This document shows positions 39,064-52,966 of a DNA stretch of 64,000 bases, piece after piece. Source of the DNA: Ptychomitrium polyphyllum (Eukaryota). The number at the start of each line of letters is the position of its first letter. Position 1 is the stretch's first letter. The translations under genes and the position numbers were made by a program. Where the stretch lies: contig OZ316776.1 in the NCBI GenBank assembly GCA_973851085.1, forward strand, positions 2,170,001 through 2,234,000, given 5' to 3'. The notes under the pieces are model-generated. The model made no database searches and was not told the DNA's origin. It was given only the letters and a program-made list of their open reading frames with translations.

Positions 39064-42000
39064 TTAAACAGCGGACGGCATTTCTGATATGCTCATTTGA
39101 GTTGGTGCGAGCACTTCTTTCACCATTGTCCAGAATACCGCTGTATATCGGTTCTGCAAAGAGAAGAGAAAAACAAAGTGGAGTTGCTTACTGAAACTTT
39201 TACAACGCTTCAAGTGATACCCCCTTTGCCGATTGCAGGTGAAAAAGACAAAAACTCGTCATGGAGGAATACATTTAGAAAACTTTATCAAAATTCAACC
39301 CCTATAAAACATACCTGCATCATTGAGCGACAATTGGCAGTGTATGTTGTCTCTATCATTTTTTCTCTCTGCACATCCAAGAGCTAAGCGTTAAAGTGTA
39401 CCAGTCTAGAGCTACAAAGTTGAACACTTGCATAATCAAAGGTACACATGATTCACTATAGAGCTTGTGTACTGTTTAAAGAATCGCAGAGGGGGTGAGA
39501 CAGGCGAACTACAAACATCGGATTATGGATGACAGTCCAATCCATGTTAATCCAACTACAAACTCATAAAGCTTAGAATTTGAATTTCGTATCTCATAAA
39601 TATCAAAGGCCAGAACCTCTTGATTTGATACGACCGAAAACCGCTCTTTCCAAATGCTATTGCCAAAGTGGAAAATGAGGTTATTCAAATAGACGAAGTC
39701 TTGTGTAGATGCGAGTGTCTGAAGTTGCATACCTTAAGAACTAACCCGAATTGTGCTGCTACCCTTTTCACATCTTCCAGGCTGAGTTCTAAAGACATTT
39801 CCTGCGCTTTCAAATAAGCTCATATTTAGTAGGAGGGACCTTCGTAGGCTTCAAGTCAACATTGTATTCCTACTACGTTTACAATTTGTTTTGTTCAGGA
39901 AAAACATCACAAACAATCATCTACCAGATATACTAGATAAAACAACTAACCTCGTCTTGAGAGTATGCTTCAGCAAAATGATAAAGCAAGGGACCCACAT
40001 TTATCCAGACCTGCATAATATTTAGTTAGATCACCAATACAGACGCAAAATGCACGTCAACTATACTTCCAGCACAGCATACCAAACATATATAAACAGC
40101 AACTTAAGATGCCTTCGATCAGTCTGTAACATACCCCACCAGGCTTGAGAGCACGAGCTATTACTTCCAAGTACTCTACAATATTGTGAGCAGTGTCCAA
40201 GAAGAAACAAGTGACAACGGAATCCCATGCCCCTGCCACACCATTCCAAGAATCACACTATTACACTTAACGCAGAAACTCATGAAATAAAACCTTGCAA
40301 ATGGTGGGTTGATCCTGGCGATAATCTCATTTCTTGAAGCAAAACCAGCATATATGAATTTGAACTTCCATACCTGCTTGGCCTGGATGACTATAAACCT
40401 CCACAAAATCCCCAGCACACATTGAGAAGCCTTCCGTTATCCCTGCACTGATTCACAATAGTAAAATGAGATAAGTTCTAACAACAAATACTACAGTAAG
40501 AATATTAGTATACTGGGTTAAAGAGCATAATATGAACTGCAACTCCAGCCCCCTCACTATATTTTGGGAGCGCACCAGTAGCAATATGTAAGCGCATGCT
40601 TTGCACAAAGGAATCTTAAATTCATTCACAATCCTAGATGATAATTTCATTACAATCAAACCCCACTTGGTCAGAGCTGCAAATGTAGTAGGCACAACAC
40701 ATGCTTCTCAACTCAGCTTTCTATAAGCGTGAATTCCTAGAACTTTAAGAGTTACTGTTATCCAAAGGCACTTTCAGCAGTTTATGATTATCTACCTCGT
40801 TCGAGAGAGTTAATCTAATTGTGGCTAAGGAATTTTGAGATACTAAACGAACTTCCCCAGAAGGTAAACGTAAAGTAGCTAAATGACCTTCTTTTGCAAT
40901 AAGTTTGGCTACAGTTCCGGCAGTTCTTACTAATTGTCCACCTTTACCTTTATACTTCGCACCAAAGTCAACCTAGTCATACTCACCTTCCTGGATGAAG
41001 ATCTGGAATATACACAGGCCGCAACTGATCGCTATCGGACAAACTGTTGCAATTGCTGTGTATCCAGGGGTGCAAAGTCCATTCTAATGGTTCATCAGAT
41101 CTGGCCACCAACCACAGAAAATCCAAAGCTGTTTATACAACATTTTCTCACAAAGGATGTGAAGTGCATGGAGTTCCAACAGTAAACCGCTACTGATGCC
41201 ATCAATTCAAATATACGTATCCTACAAAGTCAGACTCACTGGTTTAAGATAAAGCTGGAGCACATGAGCATGTAGTATGAGAACTCATTTCCTTGAGCGA
41301 TGAAACCTGCATCATTAAAACGCAGCACATACAGAGGAACACTTTAAAGTACAAGAAGTAGTAAAGCAAACGCGCCCTAGCTGTTTATGTAAAACGAAAG
41401 AACAATGAAGAACTGAGGAAGTATGTACCAAGCCGTGATATCTCGCAGGCCAAACGACCAAGTCCTGCCCCAGGAACCAAGCACGTGGGGTGTTGCCTAG
41501 CATATAGGAATTCAAAATCAGATTTTCTTGAAATCTATGTTTTACAATTGAAACAAGTAAACAAGAAAATTTGCAGATTATATCTCTAACTTTCACAATC
41601 TTAAGAGGCTATGTTCCTCTATAATGAAATGAGCGGTTGACATCATGGCATTGGTCAGCTACCTCGAATCTTTCCGATCAGGAAACAAGCGGTGAAGTTC
41701 TTCCAGTATAGGCAGGTAGCACTGCTCTCGTTCAAGTGAACCCTGAGACAAGAATCCACCGGATAAATTAAAGATAAAAAGATTAATGTGTACAACAACA
41801 ATACAAATTACAAAAGCCTAGCATCAACTTCAAAGTGGGAAAATGCCGTTTGAATGAAATGTCATATTGATGCTTGGCATTGAGGAACTTAACCAGTGGC
41901 AAGTAAAGCTACCTCTTCTCCCCAGTCACGAACAATATTTCGAACTATACAGCGAACCTGGAAACGATCCAGCCACAATCACTAACATCGCCAACACCTC

Positions 42001-44693
42001 CAGGTTTAATTCAAAATAGAAAACAAACACTTGCATTCAATTAAATACTGGTAGCGGATCACTGATTAGCATATCATGAAATAAAATATTCAAACTTCAT
42101 ATAAGGGAATTTATACCTTATCAACGTCTGCAGAAGGAACACGGAGCTGGAAAGATGGGTGACTCAGATCCAGTGGAACACGTTCCTAAAATAAACGCAT
42201 CATAATAAAACATTCCATCAATAATTGACCATCTGGCCAACGGTAGGCACCAGAACCAAAAGCGAGGCAAGTTCGTGATAGGGCACACGAAATCAACCTA
42301 AACGCCAGATTTTCTATGATTGTCGATACTAGGCCCAGCGAATCGACACTAGTCCTCATGACGGTTATTCCGGCTCATCTATAATTGACTACAGGAATAA
42401 TGACTAACAACTTAGAAATTTAGAAACAGAGACAATCCTGAAATCCACATACACTAAGGGATTAGCAAGTGACAGGACATGCTTACAAATGGCATAAGTT
42501 TGGGAGACCCAATTGGATGCCCATTCTCGGATCCCTCCCTATATGCACTCTCATACTCTGTGTCGTCATATGATCCGTAGCCATTAGCTCCTGCCGCTGC
42601 ACTATATTCCTTAGCTTCTGCGTCAGCTCGAGTGCAAGACCAGTCATCACAAGAGCGTACTGGACCTCGAGTACCAAATGCGTTAAGTTCAGGAGTAGGT
42701 GATTCTATTTTGGAATCTATGCTCTCTACAGCTTGCCGCTTGTTAGAGATGGCAGAAATAATAGCTGAATCTCTAGGTGGACTTGGATATGCATGAATGT
42801 CAATTGCGTTTTCATCATCTCTGCAATAGAGAAAACCAGCTGTGTCAATCCTGAATCAAAAAGCTCCACTAACTACCTGGTAAGCGAAGAGACAAACCAT
42901 ACTCGCGCGCCGAGTGTTGTGGGGTGGTAAAAGTAGACAGCTTAAAGTGCACACACATGGGCAAGATCACAAATCTCTTATTAAGAAGCAATATTTATCA
43001 ATACCTGGGTATATCTCTATAGGAGTTTACTATTTGATAAGCTTATTGTTGGCGTAACAGCATCATTGTAAAGGGACAAAACTGGTAGCCAGAGTTTCAC
43101 AGAAGCATCCCAAGTAAGATAGGCATACCTCCCACAACATCCAGCACCCTCATGTGAATGCACAAACTTATCAGCTGCCTTACGATGGACAAGAGATGGT
43201 TCGTCGAAATCAGTGCCTATCCCGGCATCCATTTCAAATGGAGGATCAAATGCCTGCATACGAAATTAACGATAAAAAGTTATACCAGACAGTTCCTACT
43301 TTTACAGGCTGCTGGATCCTCCCAAACGTCTTCAGAATCTTATATTCTAATATATCCTAGCGCACCTTCAACAGGCACCTAGAATCCTCAGTATTGTAAA
43401 CCAAGCACCACCAGCTGAGGATTCTGGATTCGTTCACGAAGAATAACTGCCATGCTGGTCATCGAAACCCTAAATATTGTGTAAACTAATCGATGCTAGT
43501 GCCTGGTCTTCGTGCCATCCTTTCTTTCTCAAAATTGGTGATCTTTCTCAAGATTTGGGGTTTTGAATACCAGTACAACGAACTGGTAATTGGTCTTCAT
43601 AACCCTAAGTCTGGTGTAAAATAGCCTAGGAGCAGTCACAACGCACCTGGAGCATATTCATAATGAGATATGTATTCGTCTTGACACACCTGCGAGGCGT
43701 GCTTAAGTTAGGTTGTTTCACACAGTAGCAAATATGATACTGCAAATTCGTCAGCAAAATCATCTTCCACAGTAATTATCAACTTACTGGCGGGTGCAAG
43801 GATCAATATAGCGAGAAATGGCCGTTAATGAACTGCAGACCGTAACTAACAAAGAGAAGCGTACAGAAAAATGCTACCTCCTCAAATCCTCGTACTTCTT
43901 AGGCAAATGAGATAATAATGCCTGACAAAGCGCAACGACAGAAAATAAAATTTAGAACTTAAATTTGAGACTGTCTTACCAACGCTTGAATTCAAATAAA
44001 ACAAAAGTATATAATTTGCGAATAAATTAAAAAAATACTGCGACACAAACATCAATGATAAACCTTATGAGCCGGACTCAACTTCGAGTACGACCGCTCC
44101 CATCGTCTTATGTCTTCCTCCGCTGCCGTTGGATAACTGCACACGCCGAGGGAATAAAAACGCACTATAAGGAAAATGATGACCAATAAAGAAAGGCAAA
44201 CAAACCTCGAGTATCCAAGAACTCCACTCGGAACAAACACGCTAAATAGAAATAAAAAGACTTCAGAGACGAGCTGAAAACGTGAACATTTTGAGTTCGC
44301 ATAAATTTTGCTCGTTGGCTAAAATAAACTTTGCTCCACATAAAACATCACAAAGACAACGTCACAGCAAAAATATACCCTAAACAAAAACTAATCCTAA
44401 CCACAAAGCTCTTACTCCCTTTTCAGACGATAAGTCATTGAAGCAAAGGCCTCCTCATCACCAAGATCACACCATTCATCAAGATGGCCCAAAATCCTTC
44501 ATCATAACCGCGCTTATTAAGAAAACCGAGACATTGCCGATCATGAAACTCTAAGAAATTTAAGAAGCGACGAAAACTCGAAACCAAAGCTTTACACTAC
44601 GCACTTGAGATACGCGCTGATGACCCGACGCAGCGCCTGAATCTCGAGCTCCTCGTCGGACTTGCTCATCAACGCTCCCACGGGCGGCTCCAT
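39064..44693 (-). CDS. N2227-like / carnosine N-methyltransferase (CARNMT1-type) SAM-dependent methyltransferase, many exons
   Basis: [66 protein letters not shown] (SAM motif), [40 protein letters not shown]. Last exon [29 protein letters not shown]. Confidence 0.9.
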
Positions 44694-46707
44694 GGCCGCA
44701 AAAGCACCACTCGCCGATAGTAACCACAAGGAGACGGAAAGCCTTCTACCGGCCAAACTCCAACAAGATTACTCGCTCATGATTCACTTCTGGCGAGACG
44801 CTGACGGCAGAGTCGACGAAGGCCTTGAGCGAGAGCGTCGCACGCAGCGACGACATGAACAGAGAGCGCACTAACACCAGTGCAAAACCACTTCTTCCAG
44901 ACAGCCAGTGCCCGTGCCACCACATTTGCTTGCCTGTGCTTTCCTCGTCCTGCTCGTCACATTCCGCCTTCCAAGTTCGGAGCCCTATCCCCGTTGGCTC
45001 TCGCTCTAGCTCTCTTACTCCCGGGGATGCATACCGCAAACCCGGGCTGCGCTCGAACTCGACATCATCCCCCGAGATAGTACAATTCGTTTCACGACTT
45101 ATCTACGATCCCCGTCCAAGACGTTAGCATCATGTACCGTGGCTGACCGTCCCTGTAAGCAAGTACTCGATGATAAATTTAATACATGGTTGGTTAGTTA
45201 AACAAGAGACGGTTTACGGAATCGGCATTCACTAAACAGTGGCCATATTTTTCTATATTCAGATATTTGTGGCTAATAACATGACCATGAAACTTGGTCG
45301 GAATAACGAGGTATTGGGTCATGGGAAGTCACAGCACCAATCTTGCCTGCGCGGAGGATATTTTATACAGTAAATTAAGCAAGATGCGATGAAAGCTCAA
45401 CTTTACAGAATTAGTCCCCCGTCACAAAAGGTCGAAGTTGGTTCCAATTTTCCATGTAATACTTCTTCACTACGCATGAACTTTAATCCAACCCCTAACC
45501 GTTAAGTAGATATTATATTAAGATGAAACTCATATGAAATATGACAACCAGTCAAAACTATGATAGAATAAAATAAAAATGAAAAACCGACATGCAGAAC
45601 AACACAAGAAACTACTAACAAAACGATGAAATTATCATTTACATATGCAAACAAAACGATCTATTAAAAAAACGAAATCAGCAACAAGGTTGCAGAAACT
45701 CATACGTATAATAAGCTACAAACTCCATCATGATTAACCATCCATATTAGAAAAAATAACCACTCTTGTGCCAATACGGGGAGATGCTAATAGCATCTCA
45801 AAATTAACATGTGATCACCAATTACACCCAAAATTGACAGAAAAATGTTTGATGAAAGAAACAACTCAGATCCTGATAATCAACTCAAAAAATCAATCCA
45901 TTCAAATTGAAACTCTTCAATGAAAAAAACCTTGAACATCATGTGCCCAGAAACACCCGAATGATCTCCAACTGTTTACACAAACTACACGTAGACATTG
46001 GCACTAAGGTCCAAACGAACATCCGTGACAACCAAGTATTTGAACTATTTAATAATTTCGAAAAATGAGTAAACAAGTAAATGTATATAAAAAGTGCAGA
46101 CACCATAAACACTAACTAGTAAAACCTGAAGAGCAAACACCTCAACTATATACAGTACCATACATCATCTTCAAACACGATAAGAACAAAAACTACGCTC
46201 CATTAAACAGCTCCAATCCGACGGTCTCACCGAAGACGGGCACATATTAAACACAAGGAACTCCGGCATAGTGACTCGAGGCCTGTTATCAGGAAAAAAA
46301 GGTCATCAAACGCCCACAATATTGGCACTTTATTCACGAATGCTCCTTTCATGACAACTGACACCCCTCTTCTCCCTAAGTCGTTCTCGACTAACAAAGC
46401 AAGCGAGGCAAAAAGCTGCGCGCAGCTCACCGTCCACTTGCTGACGTCAAGACTAGCAGGTGCTCACATCCTACCTTTGCCCGCCAGTAAGAAGTAGAGC
46501 CTAAACGAGGCGGACATACATTCGCCAGTAACAGCGACTGCAACAAATTCTTACAGCTGCTTGAAGAATAAATGGTTCGAACTACTCATGTGCAAGCCAT
46601 AGCTCATCCGAACGGCTTCTCGAACGGCCTTCCAACCAGCACTAACTACTGCTCTACAGGACCACCCGCTCATCTACTCCGTTCCGTCATCGCCCCGTGC
46701 TGCCATC

Positions 46708-49700
46708 TCACTGCTCGTCTGTTTCCCCATCCTCCGAAAACCCGGAGCCCTGGGAGAGCCGGTAGTACAGCAGCATTGCAGTAGCCATACATGACCTGCT
46801 CCGCACAACACAGACAGCTCTTACGTCAGGACCGATCGCCGTAGCCACGTCACGCACGCAACCCAGCCCAATCGACCATGTTTCCAACACATGGCAACCT
46901 CACCATCCCGTGAGCACCAGCAAAACACCACTCTCCGTGCGTATGGAAGGACCGTCATCAAGACTCGCCCACACAACGTTGATGCCTCCTGCCCAACCAG
47001 AAGTGCACAGCATCACTCAACACAGACACACCCAAGACGCGGAAGCTCCGCCCCGAGGGGAAAGGGCTCTCTTGCGACTCACATGATGGCAAACAGCAGG
47101 ATCAGCTTCCTGACATCCATCGAGGATGAACGATAACGCCGACGCCGTCGATCGTCGATCGCCTCGTCGCCGTCGTACCCATCCTGACCGTCTTTCCGAG
47201 TTGTGGGCAGCGTCGGCAGCGCGCTTGAAAGGAAGGGCACATACCTCAGCAGCTGCCTGTACGCGGGGCCTGCATGTGCACCCATGAGGACAAAGTCAAA
47301 TCACAACTCGGCCGCACGGTCTGCTCGTGCTCTCCACACACCCTCACCGCCTGTATCCTACAGCCCTTCCACAATGCACAGATCACCACGGGATACCCAT
47401 CGCACCACTACAACGGCAAGGGGAGCGCGTCTCGGTCTCACTTGCCTCTCCTCGAGTATTTCCGGCTGGTACCATCCTCGTCATTGCTGTCGTCGTGGTC
47501 CACATGGTTTCCGGAATACGACCTGTCCACACGTATGGCGTGCTTGCGTGTGGTCGCACCTGGCTGCGATTGCTGCAGACACCCAACACGAGATTCAGCG
47601 CTCCGGCTCACCACTGCGGCTACTCACCTGCCACCCTGCCACAGTAACTACTGAACCACCCTCCCCTTCATTCGCGCAGCCCTACTCTCCGCAAGCTCAT
47701 CAAACCAAAGCCCAGTCGCGAGCACAGCACGTCAGCCTCCGGCATCCCCACCACCCCAATCGCACAGGCGTGTGCCTCACTTACAGTCGCCGAAGCCGCC
47801 TTCGAGAACCGGGAGTCGGGTGATATTATGTTGATGCTCGTCGATCCGCCCGCGCTCTTGCTCGCTTGCACGCCTTCCAGCGTCGCCCCGCTCCCTGCGG
47901 GCACCGCACCTTCGCCGCCGCTCACATGGTGGCTGCCCGTGCTTGCACCGCCGGCGGACGAGCCTGCATCCACAGCTGCGGCACTCGCACCCGCGTCGCC
48001 CCCGCCCGCCCCGACAGCCGAGGTCGCCATCTCCGCTAGTGGGCCTGCCGAAAATGCCACGGGGGCTTCTCTCGACTGCACAGCTGCATCGGCTCCCAGC
48101 AGCACTTTTGCTGCGCTAACCTGCACCAGTCCACCACTTCTGTGACTCATGCAGCGCGCTCCGACAGACACGCCGTCGACACACCACACCCACACCACGT
48201 TACACGAGCGTTCCTGGACGCATCGCCGGCCTCGCCGTGTACACTACTCACGATGCTCTCAGAGACACGGCAGTGACATCCGACGATGCACGAAACCAGA
48301 GTCACGCCAGGCACACTGACCTGACTCACCGCCTCCTTCAGACTGCTGTACAGGGCTGATCCGGACTCCTTAAAGTGCTTGTTCGGAGGCCACACCTACA
48401 AGACAACCACGTCCATCAGCCTCACAGCGGATGCCAGCTTCCGAACCCCCGTGCGATCCCGATCTCGGCCTCAACAAACGTCGGCTGCGGCCCAACTCCC
48501 AGGGCCGACAGGTGGAGGGACGTTCCACTGGTCCGACACCCCATGCCGCCCGCACGACGACCTCACACATGCTCGTCGCTGGCAGGTGACCCCCTCGCTC
48601 TGCAGGGCCTCCCGGACCAACCAACGATTCCGGCAGAACTTACCGCTGTAGGACATGCTGGGCACACGTAGCCGGCAGGGGCTGTATGCGGTGGGAAGTT
48701 CTCCAGATGTGACTGCAGGCAGCTGCTATGAAGGTTATCTGCAACCCCGAAAGAACCCCACTCAGTCCGGTCTCCTCCGTCCCCACAACACGCCCACCAA
48801 GCGGAGACCTCCACCACCTGTCGACGGACTCGTGCTCGAGAGTCGACGGCGTGGTGGAGTTCAGCTCACAGGCCGCATCTGCGACCCGGTCAGCTCAAGA
48901 CATCCACCCGACACTGCAAACATGACCCAGTCACACTTCCAATCGGAGCAACTCACGTAAGCATCCCAGACGCGTTGTGCTGCTATCTTCGTCCTCTAGT
49001 ACTGCCTGGCATGCCCCGCATTTCGGCGGCCAGTCGTAGTCCCCGTCGATCACCCAGTCCGAGTATGTTCTGACCTGCACCACGCACACGGGATACCATT
49101 CAGGCCCTCACAACCTCGCATGCCGGCAAGGGCCGACACCACGACTCCCGCACACCCCCGAAACGCCCAACGTCCAAGACCGCGGAGGGTCTCCCACGCC
49201 TCACAGATCATCGCCCGCGCCCGGGTACTCAACCGCCTGCACACAATCCCATTGCGATGAACATTGCATAAACGACGGCGTGGGTCGGCACATACCACGC
49301 ACAGCCGGTGCTCCGGGAAGCATATACAATCGGCGCATACCGGTGCCTTGTGCACGAAGCAGTACACCTTCGTCGCCTGCCAATACACGAAACGGTGATC
49401 AGCTCAGCTTGGAAGGCTGCAACACGCGACCCGCCGATCGGCCGATCGGCCGGAGAGCAAGAGAAGTGGCACTCCAAAAGCCGAAACGTGGGGACGGGTC
49501 CTCCACGAGGATGGCAAGGCCCACATGGGCAACATGCGCCATGCCATGACCTCCTCTTCCCCCACCGTCGCCACCACGCTCTCCTATTCACACAAGCTCG
49601 TCGCCGACCCCGGCCCGACGCGTACGGGACCCCCCGAGCCAGGTGATCGACCAAGACATCGTGGAGGTCCGATTCGACTCTCCGGAACCAAGTGCGCAGA

Positions 49701-50058
49701 CACCCGCTACAGACACCACTTGCGACCCAGAGCGAAAGTCCCCCCTCTACCCCAGAACAATCCCCGTCCGACAATGCACATCGAAGCCTCGTCCACAGCC
49801 GCGACGGACTGCGGCCAGCATCGAGGACGAAACCACTGCCAGCAAATAGACCCCACTCCCACGCGACAGACAGGCGGTAACCAGGTCCAGGAACGGCCCG
49901 CCTGCTCCACCCGAATTACGAACGGCACGTCGTTCTCCCGCCCGCACGAGCCCGGTGGCAGGCAAGGCAAACCCCTGTCACGCGTTTCCGAGCATGGACA
50001 TGCCTGAACCCCTGGGGCCGGCGAATGCACTCACCTTGCGACACCTGCAGACCACCAT
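46708..50058 (-). CDS. ZFPL1: Zinc finger protein-like 1 (ZFPL1) homologue: B-box-like + RING/PHD-like fingers and a C-terminal TM helix; one GC-AG intron
   Basis: MVVCRCRK|ATKVYCFVHKAPVCADCICFPEHRLCV|VRTYSDWVIDGDYDWPPKC...RLGCL, FPPHTAPAGYVCPAC, GATTRK, DEDGTSRKYSRRG|PAYRQLL, DVRKLILLFAIM|SCMATAMLLYYRL. Confidence 0.88.
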
Positions 50059-50845
50059 GTCCTCGTCTCGGCTCCAGATCGCACGCTCCCTGCAGCGCTC
50101 GCCCGATCACCGCCGACGGATCCTTCCTCCGGAAACCCTCCCGACGGCACGCGGTCCTGCGACAGCGCAACCTGCACCCCCGGACGGTCCCAGGCGAGCA
50201 ATCCACGAGCTCCTGTGGATCTCCACCGCAATTCGCCCCAAGCTCGCCCGCGTCGTCACAAATCCTCCGCCCAACCCACCCCAGGGATCGAAACCTGCGA
50301 CCCGCACGCCGGGCCCCAACAAACGGCCGCAGGCAGCCCCGCGCCCCCGAACCCCGATCGGCCCTGCCCGCCACGCCCCACCCCGCCACTCCACAGACGC
50401 GAGATCCGCGACCCGCCCGCCCACTGAGCGCCCGCCGGAAGATGGCAACCCGACGCGCTCGGCGATGGCGATTGCAAGGCCGTCCTCGCCCCTCGCAACG
50501 GAACGCCCATCGTCCTGCGCGCTCCGCCCCCGCGCTCGCCATCATGCGCCCCCCGCACGCCGGTTCCGCCCGGAACGGGCCCCCCTTCCGGGCCCCGTTC
50601 CCACAGCGGCCGCCGCGTTCCGCCGCGGAACGGTCGTCCTGGCGCCCCGGAGGGCGGGGGGCTAGGGTTCAGGGTTTAAGGACCCCCGGTGGTTAGGCTG
50701 TTCGCCCTGCGCTGCGTCGGTCCTGCGAGGGGACTCTCCCGGACGCGCACTCCCACTCCCGCAGCGAGGGCGACAGGCACAGGGGCAGCTCCCGCTGCTG
50801 CCTCCCCCCGGCTGGTCTCCGCCGCGAGAGCGAGGCGAGGCCGCC

Positions 50846-52966
50846 ATGGATTCGGACGGCCGCGCCAACGGCGACTGCAATGTCCTGAGCGACGGGTTCT
50901 CTGCGGCGGCGCTGTTCAGGCAGGGCTTCTCCTACACGTACGACGACCTCATCTTCCACCCGGGCTTCATCAATTTCGCCGTGGACGACGTCGGGCTGGC
51001 CGCCCCGCTCACCCGCCGCATCACGCTGCGGTCGCCGTGCGTTTCGTCGCCCATGGACACCGTGACGGAGGAGTCCATGGCGATGGCCATGGCGGCCGTG
51101 GGCGGCATGGGCTTCGTGCACTACAACAACACGGCGCAGGAGCAGGCGGGCATCGTGCGGAGGGCGAAGGAGCGGCGAGTCGGGTTCGTGGCCAGCCCGG
51201 CGTGCGTGCGGCCGTCGGACGCCATCTCCGCCATCGACGCGCTGAAGGCCAGCAGGGGGTTCTCGTCCGCGGTGGTGACGGAGGACGGGGCGGCGGGGTC
51301 GAGGCTGGTGGGGATCGTGACGAGCCGGGACGTGGACTTCGTGCGCGACCGGAGCACGGAGGTGCGCGAGGTGATGAGCAGGGACCTGGTAACCGCGCCG
51401 GCGGGCACGAGCCTGGAGGAGGCGGCGAGGATTCTGATCGCGAGCAAGAAGAGCCTGCTGCCCCTGGTGAGCGCGAGCGGGGGTTTTGTGGAGCTGCTGT
51501 GCCGGACGGACCTGAGGGCCCATCACGAGCTGCCGCCGCTGGGCGCGCCGTCCGTGGGTTCGGACGGGAGGATTCTGGTGGGCGCCGCGATCGGCACGCG
51601 CGAGAGCGACAGGGAGAGGCTGCAGCTGCTGGTGGAGGCGGGCGCGAACGCGGTGATCCTGGACAGCTCGCAGGGGGATTCCGTGTATCAGAGGCAGATG
51701 ATCGAGTACGCGAAGAGGGCTCACCCGGGGCTGGAGGTGATCGGGGGCAATGTGGTGACCGCGTACCAGGCGAGGAGCCTGATCGACGCGGGCGTGGACG
51801 GGTTGCGGGTGGGCATGGGCTCGGGTTCCATTTGCACGACTCAGGAGGTGTGCGCGGTCGGAAGGGGCCAAGTAAGTGGTGCCGCATTCCCGCAGAACTC
51901 ACTGGCAGGGCGTCGTGGGACGGGAGGCAGCCGGCGTGGACACGCACGCGCTGTCGGTTCCGCGAGAGTCGTCGATTCCAGCCCCGCTCCTACCCCTCGG
52001 TTGCCCCGGTGGGCACGACAATGTGGCGGGAGGAGCGGACGCTGGGGTGAGTTGTGAGCGGACGATGCCGCCCGTGGGGCGGTGACGGTTATGGACGGGA
52101 GCTAACAGAGCAGAAGCGGGTGTGGTGATTGCAGGGAACCGCCGTGTTCAAGACCGCCGCGGTGGCCAACGCCCTGGGAGTGCCCGTGATAGCGGACGGG
52201 GGCATCTCCAACTCGGGTCACATAGTGAAGGCACTGAGCCTGGGTGCGTCGACGGTGATGATGGGTAGCTTTCTCGCCGGGACGGACGAGGCGCCGGGCA
52301 ACTTTTTCTTCCAGGTACCTCCGACAAGCTGTGTTGGGCCGTCCGACGAGGCGAATGCATGTCGGTGCTGGCGGCGTCGTGCGACGTGCTCATGTCCCGA
52401 CGGAGCATGGTACTTTGAGTGGGCGTCTGAATTCGGGGTCGGAGGTAGTGAGCGTCGGATGTTTGCTCCTGTCCGGGCGGCAGGACCTGACGCGTGTTGT
52501 GGCCCTGTCAGGACGGTGCAAAGCTGAAGAGGTACCGGGGAATGGGGTCCTTGGAGGCGATGACCAAGGGCAGTGATGCCCGGTACCTCGGGGACAAGAC
52601 GCGCTTGAAGATCGCACAAGGAGTGTCGGGCTCCGTGGCTGCGAAAGGCTCGGTGCTGCGACTGGTTCCGTACACGATGCAGGCCGTGAAGCAGGGATTG
52701 CAGGATCTGGGGGTGGCTACCGTGAAGGCCGCTCACGATGGTCTGAACGCTGGAGTCATCAGGCTGGAGGTGAGCATCTCACTCAGGCTGGTAGGAGCGG
52801 GGGCGAGGTTTGGCAGCGATGGCGTCGGGTGGCTCGGAAGTTTTGGGTTTCCGTTGCTTTGGAAGCTGAATTGCAGTGGATTTGCGGGTGGCAGGTGAGG
52901 TCAGGCGCTGCGCAAAGGGAGGGCGGCGTCCACGATCTGGTGTCTTACGAGAGGAGGAGGTTCTGA
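50846..52966 (+). CDS. IMPDH: Inosine-5'-monophosphate dehydrogenase, 511 aa; exons 50846-51871, 52135-52314, 52512-52769, 52895-52966
   Basis: [25 protein letters not shown] subdomain, [26 protein letters not shown] (catalytic Cys), [36 protein letters not shown] and EGGVHDL. All introns are phase-0 GT-AG. Confidence 0.97.

Noticed and set aside
47628..47635. Possible 8-nt microexon in ZFPL1 (cag|GGTGGCAG|gtgagt)
   Set aside because: The acceptor near 47573 already gives the in-frame QSQPGATTRK exon, so no microexon is needed.
9677..52966. purC and IMPDH as a purine biosynthesis cluster
   Set aside because: They are about 37 kb apart with several unrelated genes between them.
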